Positions 57,929-64,000 of a stretch of 64,000 nt of DNA are shown here, in pieces (positions within the stretch are counted from its first letter, which is position 1; the number at the start of each line of letters is the position of its first letter). A program made the position numbers and the translations under genes. Source of the stretch: Bdellovibrionales bacterium (lineage in GTDB: Bacteria; Bdellovibrionota; Bdellovibrionia; Bdellovibrionales; UBA1609). The stretch lies in contig CBDHDF010000007.1 in NCBI GenBank assembly GCA_965261545.1, positions 1-64,000 of the forward strand. The letters are read 5' to 3'. The notes under the pieces were generated by a model that was not told where the DNA came from, made no database searches, and worked only from the letters and a program-made list of their open reading frames with translations.

Positions 57929-59425
57929 TTATAGGGCTTGGGGGCTCTTGGAGGGATGTGACTTTTCAACTTCCCACGAAGTGCCTTCGGGGGAGTCCAT
58001 GACAGAAATTCCCCATTGAGAGAGCTGGTTTCTGATTTGATCTGATTGTGTGTAATTTTTGCTTTGTCGAGCCTCCCTGCGGAGTTTGACAAGGTGGTCG
58101 ACTTCAGAGCGTTGAAGTCCTTGTTGGGCAAGCAGTCTGTCGTCAAGTTGGCGTAGGTATCCCTCGGGTTCTTCTTGGAAAAGGGCGAGAATTTCTGCTT
58201 GCTTTCTCAGCCAGTGGTAAAAAACATTGGATATATTTTTTTGCATAGGAGTGACGGGACCGGGATAGCGGCATTTGGCATTGTAAATTCTGAGGACCTC
58301 AAGGAGTCTAGCCAGAGCTTCGGCTGTATTGAAGTCATCGTTGAGGGCCTTGGCAAAACCCTCGTTGGCCTTGTTAACCGCCCCTTGAAAGGATTCGTCT
58401 ATGGGAATAAGTTCTCCATCGGTGGCCAGCTGTTTTTTAGCAAGAGCCAGCGCTGAGTAAAATCTCGCAAGAGAAATAATGGTGCGTTTCACTTGATCTT
58501 CGCTGAAATTAATGGTGCTCCGGTAGTGAGCTATCAGCATCATGTATTTTAATATTTCTCCGTCATACTTTTCGAGAAAAGCTCGGCCTGTTCGAATATT
58601 TCCCAGGGATTTTGACATTTTCTGTTTGCCAAATTCAATCATATTGTTGTGCATCCAGTATTGAACATAGGGTTTGCCCGTGCGTCCTTCACTTTGAGCC
58701 AACTCGTTTTCGTGATGGGGAAAAACGAGGTCCAACCCTCCTCCGTGGATATCAATGGTTTCGCCTAGAAGCTGATAAATCATGGTGGAGCACTCAATAT
58801 GCCAGCCGGGGCGGCCTTGCCCCCAAGGAGAGGGCCAGCCGGCCCCCTTTCTCTCTCCCTCTGGCACTGATTTCCAAAGGGCGAAGTCTGAGGGGTGCTT
58901 TTTGCGTGTGTCCACTTCGATGCGAGAGCCTGATTCCATTGCCTCTAAGTTGTTTTTGCTAAGTTTTCCGTATTCGGGGAACTCTGTAATTGAATAATAG
59001 ACATCTCCGTTGACTTCGTAGGTTTTATTTTTTTTTATGAGATCTTTAATAAACTGGATGATATCACCCATATATTCAGTGACCCTTGGGTTTTTGGTGG
59101 GTGGTTTGAGTTTGAGGCTCTTGTAGTCTTTTTCAAACTCTTTGATATATTTTTCTGAAATTTCGGCGGCAGTGAGGTTTTCTTCTTGGGCTTTCTTGAT
59201 AATTTTGTCGTCAACATCAGTATAATTGTAGATATAGTTCACGTCAAAATTATTTTTCTCAAACCAATTTCTCACCACATTAAAAAAGATGGGGCCACGA
59301 AAGTTACCTATATGCAAAAAATCGTAGACAGTGGGACCGCAAACATACATTTTTACTTGTCCTTCGACTATGGGGTTAAAGTTTTCTTTTTGACCCGTTT
59401 GCGTATTGTGAATCTTTATGGGCAT
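57929..59425 (-). CDS. cysS: Cysteinyl-tRNA synthetase
   Basis: YVCGPTVY..HIGN, DFALWK, GRPGWHIECS, FPHHENE, KMSKSLGN. Confidence 0.98.
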   Translation of the reverse strand: MPIKIHNTQTGQKENFNPIVEGQVKMYVCGPTVYDFLHIGNFRGPIFFNVVRNWFEKNNFDVNYIYNYTDVDDKIIKKAQEENLTAAEISEKYIKEFEKDYKSLKLKPPTKNPRVTEYMGDIIQFIKDLIKKNKTYEVNGDVYYSITEFPEYGKLSKNNLEAMESGSRIEVDTRKKHPSDFALWKSVPEGERKGAGWPSPWGQGRPGWHIECSTMIYQLLGETIDIHGGGLDLVFPHHENELAQSEGRTGKPYVQYWMHNNMIEFGKQKMSKSLGNIRTGRAFLEKYDGEILKYMMLIAHYRSTINFSEDQVKRTIISLARFYSALALAKKQLATDGELIPIDESFQGAVNKANEGFAKALNDDFNTAEALARLLEVLRIYNAKCRYPGPVTPMQKNISNVFYHWLRKQAEILALFQEEPEGYLRQLDDRLLAQQGLQRSEVDHLVKLRREARQSKNYTQSDQIRNQLSQWGISVMDSPEGTSWEVEKSHPSKSPQAL

Positions 59426-59505
59426 TTATTTATCCTCCATCCCGTATTTATCCTCCATCTCGTATCAAGGTTTAAGGTTAAGATTTAAGGTTCAGGGTTC
59501 AGGGT

Positions 59506-61005
59506 TCAAGATTGAAGGTCTTGGCACTTTTGAAGGGCTTGTGTGGCACGGCTCAGAAGGGTGGGTTTATCGATAAGAGGTACGAGAACTTTGAGTTCAA
59601 CTCCTTGGGGGTGGCCAATAATTGCCGTACGAATGGGCATGAATAAGAACTTGCCCTTGACGTCACAATCTTTTTTGATCTGTTGTTGAACTTGTCCGAA
59701 CTGATCTTCTGTCATAAAATGATTGGGTGTTGCCTCCACAAGGTTTTTCCAAGCTTCTATGACCTTAGGGGTGGAATCCCAAGAGAGAACCTCTGCGCTT
59801 TCGCCACTCATTTTTAAGGGAGTTTGCGAAAGGTGCTGAAACAAGGGGATGGCGTCGGTGAGGGTTTCCATGGAGGTTTTGGTGGCTTCAAGGGCGGCTT
59901 GTTTCCATTGGGGGTCCTGGGAGAGTTGAAATTCCTCTTTTTCGAAGAGGGGATTTAAATGATGCCATAATTGCTCGTAGGGGAGGGCTCGCAGGTGAGA
60001 GGCGTTGAACCACCTTAGTTTTTTTTCATCAAAGACAGCGGCCGCGGTATGGAGGCGGTCTGTGTCGAAATCTTGGATCATTTCACGGAGGGTCATAATT
60101 TCTTGACCATGGGGAGAACTCCACCCCAGGAGGGCGAGGAAGTTTATCATGGCTTCAGGTAAAAAGCCTTCTCGTTGGTATTGTTGAATACTTGTGGCCC
60201 CATGACGCTTGCTCAATTTTTGCCTGTCACTTCCCAAGATAATCGAGAGGTGTCCAAAGGAGGGCTCATTCCAGCCCAGGGCTTCGTAGATCATCATTTG
60301 CCGAAGGGAATTGCTAAGGTGTTCTTCGGCGCGGAAGACATGGGAAATTTTCATGAGATGGTCGTCAATGGCGCAGCAGAAATTGTAGACAGACATTCCT
60401 GTGGAGCGAGTGAGTACGAAGTCACCCACCATATCCGAGGGAAAAGTCACATCGCCACGAACTAAGTCTTTGAGATGGTAGCTTTTCTTTTCTTCAGGTG
60501 TTTTAAAGCGAACAATGGCGGGGAGACCATCCTTTAGTTTTTTAGAGGCTTCCTCCTGGCTCAGGTTGCGGTAGGGGCTTCTTACTTGGTGGGGAATTCT
60601 TGCTTTTTTCGCAGCTTCCTGTTGGGCTTTGATTTCATCCTCTGTGAGGAAGCAATAGTAGGCCTTTCCCTCAGCGAGGAGCTGATTCACATATTTTTGA
60701 TAAATGTGTTGTCTTTGTCTTTGACGGTAGGGGCCATAGCTCCCACGGTCTTCTAGGGTTTTTGGATCAGGTCCTTCATCCCAGTGGAGCCCCAGCCAGT
60801 GGAGGTCGGCGAGTTGTGCCCTTAGGCTTTCTTCGGAGCTTCGCTCTTCGTCGGTATCCTCCACCCTAAGGACAAAAGTTCCCTGCCTTTTTTGGGCATA
60901 GAGGTAATCGTAGAGGGCTGTTCGTGCTCCCCCAACATGGAGGTGTCCCGTGGGACTTGGGGCAAATCGCACTCTTGTGGCTTGTTGTGGAGCTGTGTGA
61001 GACAT
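59506..61005 (-). CDS. gltX: Glutamyl-tRNA synthetase
   Basis: RFAPSPTGHLHVGGAR, LRVEDTD, KLSKRHG; RBS taggagg upstream of ATG 61005. Confidence 0.97.
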   Translation of the reverse strand: MSHTAPQQATRVRFAPSPTGHLHVGGARTALYDYLYAQKRQGTFVLRVEDTDEERSSEESLRAQLADLHWLGLHWDEGPDPKTLEDRGSYGPYRQRQRQHIYQKYVNQLLAEGKAYYCFLTEDEIKAQQEAAKKARIPHQVRSPYRNLSQEEASKKLKDGLPAIVRFKTPEEKKSYHLKDLVRGDVTFPSDMVGDFVLTRSTGMSVYNFCCAIDDHLMKISHVFRAEEHLSNSLRQMMIYEALGWNEPSFGHLSIILGSDRQKLSKRHGATSIQQYQREGFLPEAMINFLALLGWSSPHGQEIMTLREMIQDFDTDRLHTAAAVFDEKKLRWFNASHLRALPYEQLWHHLNPLFEKEEFQLSQDPQWKQAALEATKTSMETLTDAIPLFQHLSQTPLKMSGESAEVLSWDSTPKVIEAWKNLVEATPNHFMTEDQFGQVQQQIKKDCDVKGKFLFMPIRTAIIGHPQGVELKVLVPLIDKPTLLSRATQALQKCQDLQS

Positions 61006-61368
61006 GGGGCCTCCTAAGGATAGCCAAAATAGCAAAGAAAAGAAGCCAATATGCTGGTTATAGGTTTGTTGGTTGGCAAGAGGGACAAATGCCCAAACAT
61101 GTAAGCCTACAATATTATGCTAGTAGGTTGTGAAAAAGTCACTGAATACTTGATGAAAAGTCATTGAATATCGGATTCTGAGAACATTGAGAAAAAGCCT
61201 TGGAAATCAGGTAGGGTCTGATTATAATATTAAGGATAATTTAAAATACGCAGTAGTTATCTTAGAATATAAGAGCCCTAGCTCTATAGAGCTAGGAGTC
61301 GTAGAGCTATAGATTGTAAAAGTTCTATAAACTACAGAGTTATAAGGATAAGTAGGTAGGGTAGTTAT

Positions 61369-61656
61369 ATGACAAAGGCAGAGTTAATCACTTTGATATC
61401 TGAAAGGGCTGACATTACTAGAGTCAAGGCAGAAACGGTTGTGAATACTATTTTTGATTCTATGGTGGAATCTCTGTTAAGAGATGATCGCATCGAAATA
61501 CGAGGATTTGGCTCTTTTGTCAACCGCTCCTATGGGGCTTACCAAGGGCGTAATCCAAGGACAGGTGAAATCATTGATGTCAAAGAAAAGAAGCTTCCTT
61601 TCTTTAAAGCTGGCAAGGAACTTAGAGAGGACCTTAACGACGAAAACTTTGACTAA
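61369..61656 (+). CDS. HU/IHF family DNA-binding protein (IHF-beta-like)
   Basis: MTKAEL, IEIRGFGSF, GRNPRTGE, PFFKAGKELR. Confidence 0.95.
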   Translation: MTKAELITLISERADITRVKAETVVNTIFDSMVESLLRDDRIEIRGFGSFVNRSYGAYQGRNPRTGEIIDVKEKKLPFFKAGKELREDLNDENFD

Positions 61657-61752
61657 TTTAGCCCTTACCCTCTCCCTATGATTATTTTTTCTTTTCTTCC
61701 GTGAAGATTGTCTATCGTGAAGGTTTGTCTATTTCTTCCGTGAGGTTTATCT

Positions 61753-62550
61753 GTGTTAGTGGATCCACCTATTTTTATAGCTCTTGATTTGGCCGACAGA
61801 AGTACGGCCATTGAAATGGCGAAAGAAGTGGCCCCCTATGTGGGTGGTTTTAAAATAGGACCAAGGCTTTGTGTGAAGTACGGCGCAGATATGATCTCAG
61901 AGTTGGCTGAATTGGGACAGGTTTTTGTGGACAATAAGTATTTTGATATTCCAAGCAGCATGGAGGCGGCCATACGCACTACTTTTCAAGGAGGTGCAAG
62001 CTTTACAACGGTTCATGGAACATGTGGCCCAGTGGCTCTCAAGCGATTGGCTCAAGTGGAAAAAGAGCTTTGTCGCCAAAGAGAGTTTAGGATTCTTGCT
62101 GTGACAGTTCTTACAAGTTTTCATGCCCAGACACTTCCTGTGAACTGGTCCCGTGAGCCTATTGCCTCCCAAGTTGCAAAGCTTGCTTGTGAGGTTGTGA
62201 ACTCTGGTCTTAGTGGCCTTGTTTGCTCACCCCATGAGGTGAGACATTTAAGAGCTTTATTTCCAAAGTCCTTTTTACTAACTCCAGGGATTCGGTTTCA
62301 GAGACTGCACCAGGACCGATCCCAGAATCAGCAGAGCCAATCTCAGCTTCAGTCTCAGGGTCAGGAGCAAGACCAGGATCAGGTTCGAGTTTTGGGGCCA
62401 GGGGAAGCCATTGCGGCTGGAGCTTCAGCCCTTGTGGTGGGTCGACCTATATACGAGGCGAAAGACCCCAGGGAAGCAGCCAAGAAATTTTGCGAGGCGG
62501 CAAAAACTTCTGTCCCCTGGCCATCCTCACTTAAAGGAGGAAAGGCTTGA
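61753..62550 (+). CDS. pyrF: Orotidine-5'-phosphate decarboxylase
   Basis: IALD, FKIG, DNKYFDIP, TVH, AVTVLTS, GLVCS, TPGIR, VVGRPI. Confidence 0.95.
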   Translation: MLVDPPIFIALDLADRSTAIEMAKEVAPYVGGFKIGPRLCVKYGADMISELAELGQVFVDNKYFDIPSSMEAAIRTTFQGGASFTTVHGTCGPVALKRLAQVEKELCRQREFRILAVTVLTSFHAQTLPVNWSREPIASQVAKLACEVVNSGLSGLVCSPHEVRHLRALFPKSFLLTPGIRFQRLHQDRSQNQQSQSQLQSQGQEQDQDQVRVLGPGEAIAAGASALVVGRPIYEAKDPREAAKKFCEAAKTSVPWPSSLKGGKA

Positions 62551-63374
62551 GGTCGAAGGGAGACTTGAAGTCGAGAAAAAGCCTGGGATCGAAGGGAGAC
62601 TTGAAGTCGAGAAAAAGCTTGGGGCCAAGAAATCAAAAGCGGGGTCCTTGGGTGGCGCCTAGGGATTGTCGAGTGGTGGCGGGCCTTCACTCTTGTTGTG
62701 AGACCTTCCATGTGAGAATCCAAGATATTTGTGAAATGTGGTTGAAAGAAAAAAATCCACAGGGGAGGCTTGGTGACCTATGGAGTGAGGCTCAGGGTCG
62801 AGGGATTAAGGTTGTACATCCCCCTTTGCGTAAGATGGATGAGCTTTGCGTTACGCACCAGGGTGTTATTATTTTTGTATCTTCAAGTCCTTTGTTGGAT
62901 TGGCCTTTCTTGGAAAATATCGCGCGATCTCAGGTTGTGGTGGCAGATGGGGTGGTCGACCCTCGCAATTTAGGGGCTATCATAAGGACAGCTTGGTTGA
63001 TGGGGGTGCCGGGTGTTTTGGTGCCCGCCCTGCGGTCGAGTCCTCTCAGTGGAGCCGTTATGAGGGTGGCCTGTGGAGGAGGTGAGTATGTGGCTGTTGA
63101 GGAGTTTGGAAATCTTGGGAGAACTTTGAAGTCATTGCAAGAAAGAGGCTTTTGGGTTTATGGCTTGGCGGGGCAAGCCAAGGAGGGGCTTTGGAGCTCA
63201 CCTCTGCCAGAAAAGGTGGCTTGGCTGGTGGGGGCTGAAGAAAAGGGGCTTCGCCCAAAGGCTCTGCAAGCTTGTGATAAGGTTTTATCGATTCCCCAAG
63301 TGGAGAGATCCGCCAGCTACAATGTTTCTGTGGCGTTGGCACTGGCCATGGGGGAGTACTGTCGACAGAGTTAA
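62547..63374 (+). CDS. rlmB: TrmH/SpoU family RNA methyltransferase (RlmB-like)
   Basis: HQG, DGVVDPRNLGAIIRTA, GAEEKGLR, SYNVSVA. Confidence 0.85.
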   Translation: MRSKGDLKSRKSLGSKGDLKSRKSLGPRNQKRGPWVAPRDCRVVAGLHSCCETFHVRIQDICEMWLKEKNPQGRLGDLWSEAQGRGIKVVHPPLRKMDELCVTHQGVIIFVSSSPLLDWPFLENIARSQVVVADGVVDPRNLGAIIRTAWLMGVPGVLVPALRSSPLSGAVMRVACGGGEYVAVEEFGNLGRTLKSLQERGFWVYGLAGQAKEGLWSSPLPEKVAWLVGAEEKGLRPKALQACDKVLSIPQVERSASYNVSVALALAMGEYCRQS

Positions 63375-63380
63375 TAAGGG

Positions 63381-63456
63381 TGGCGTCCCCAACGAGAGTC
63401 GAACTCGTGTCTTCGCCGTGAAAGGGCGATGTCCTGGGCCACTAGACGATGGGGAC
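63381..63456 (-). tRNA. tRNA-Glu (TTC)
   Basis: GTCCCCA...CGCC-CTTTCAC-GGCG...TTCGACT...TGGGGAC-GCCA. Confidence 0.96.
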
Positions 63457-63532
63457 TGGTGACCCGCCATGGGCTCGAACCATGGACCCTCTCCTTAAAA
63501 GGGAGATGCTCTACCAACTGAGCTAGCGGATC
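63457..63532 (-). tRNA. tRNA-Lys (TTT)
   Basis: GATCCGC...CTCC-CTTTTAA-GGAG...TTCGAGC...GCGGGTC-ACCA. Confidence 0.96.
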
Positions 63533-63556
63533 AATATCTCAACTCTTGAGGTGGCT

Positions 63557-63585
63557 ATAGTCAAAAAATTGATTGAGATTGTCAA
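63557..63585 (-). promoter_or_regulatory. Putative sigma70 promoter of the tRNA-Lys/Glu pair
   Basis: On minus: TTGACA, 17-nt spacer, GACTAT, ~25 nt upstream of the tRNA-Lys 5' end. Confidence 0.55.
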
Positions 63586-63874
63586 CCCACAGGCGGGCGA
63601 CTAATGCGCATCGTTGTAAAACTGAGGCACAACAACTAACTATGAGCATAGAGAATGTTCATGGTGCCGCAGAGGGTGTCCACGACGCTGGGGAGCACAG
63701 TTTTTCTTTGGGTCTCAAGTCCAAGAGAGCTTCATAAGCCTGCCTTTTGTCCTTGCTCGCTTCTTGACTTTTTCACAACGGCGATGGATCATAATTTTAA
63801 TGATATTTAGTGATATTATGACGTCTCTTGTCGAGATCTCTCTGAATCAATCGAGGGGACTGAAAGGATAGCCT

Positions 63875-64000
63875 ATGGACAAAATAGATATAGATAAAGT
63901 CGACTGGATAAAAAATCTTGTTCGTGCCGAACAGCAGATGGAAAAAACAGGAACCATAAATCTGTACAATCAGGAAGACACTGAGGAGGTATTGGAGATA
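63875..64000 (+). CDS. Hypothetical protein, N-terminal part running off the window
   Basis: RBS aagga then MDKIDIDKVDWIKNLVRAEQQMEKTG..., open to the window end. Confidence 0.6.
   Translation, partial: MDKIDIDKVDWIKNLVRAEQQMEKTGTINLYNQEDTEEVLEI

Noticed and set aside
1..64000. DGR reverse transcriptase, Avd or template repeat; group II maturase; integrase or transposase
   Set aside because: No RT (YxDD) ORF, no second copy of the 51003-51128 segment, and no recombinase or transposase motifs were seen in the window.

Overview
Bacterial chromosomal window, most likely from a Bdellovibrionota (Bdellovibrionales-like) genome. This is an inference from the style of Rho, RpoD, MurD, FliG, PilF/RodZ and several secreted proteins. 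The backbone is housekeeping: rho-prfA-prmC, an E1 alpha/beta fusion, pilF-rodZ, bfr, mraY-murD, rpsU-yqeY-dnaG-rpoD-tRNA(CAT), tadA, queF, cysS, gltX, HU/IHF, pyrF, rlmB and tRNA-Lys/Glu. Accessory content includes a beta-barrel plus giant metzincin lipoprotein pair, a DUF4856-imelysin-TonB receptor-sterol desaturase operon next to bfr and a heme-oxygenase-like diiron enzyme, two secreted peptidoglycan-lytic candidates, and a DUF1329 plus TonB receptor pair. Four signals stand out. (1) A sigma54-driven, cleanly minimised flagellar operon (TPR, truncated FliF, intact FliG, MotE/FlbB-like) with no rod or export genes. (2) An FGE/C-type-lectin lipoprotein whose 3' end and downstream hairpins look like a remote diversity-generating-retroelement (DGR) target, with no RT or template repeat in the window. 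(3) A ~220-nt ORF-less group II intron-like RNA about 600 bp upstream of that gene. (4) Short tandem 'stutter' duplications throughout the window that insert low-complexity segments into otherwise conserved proteins. All calls come from motif recognition by eye; no searches were run.
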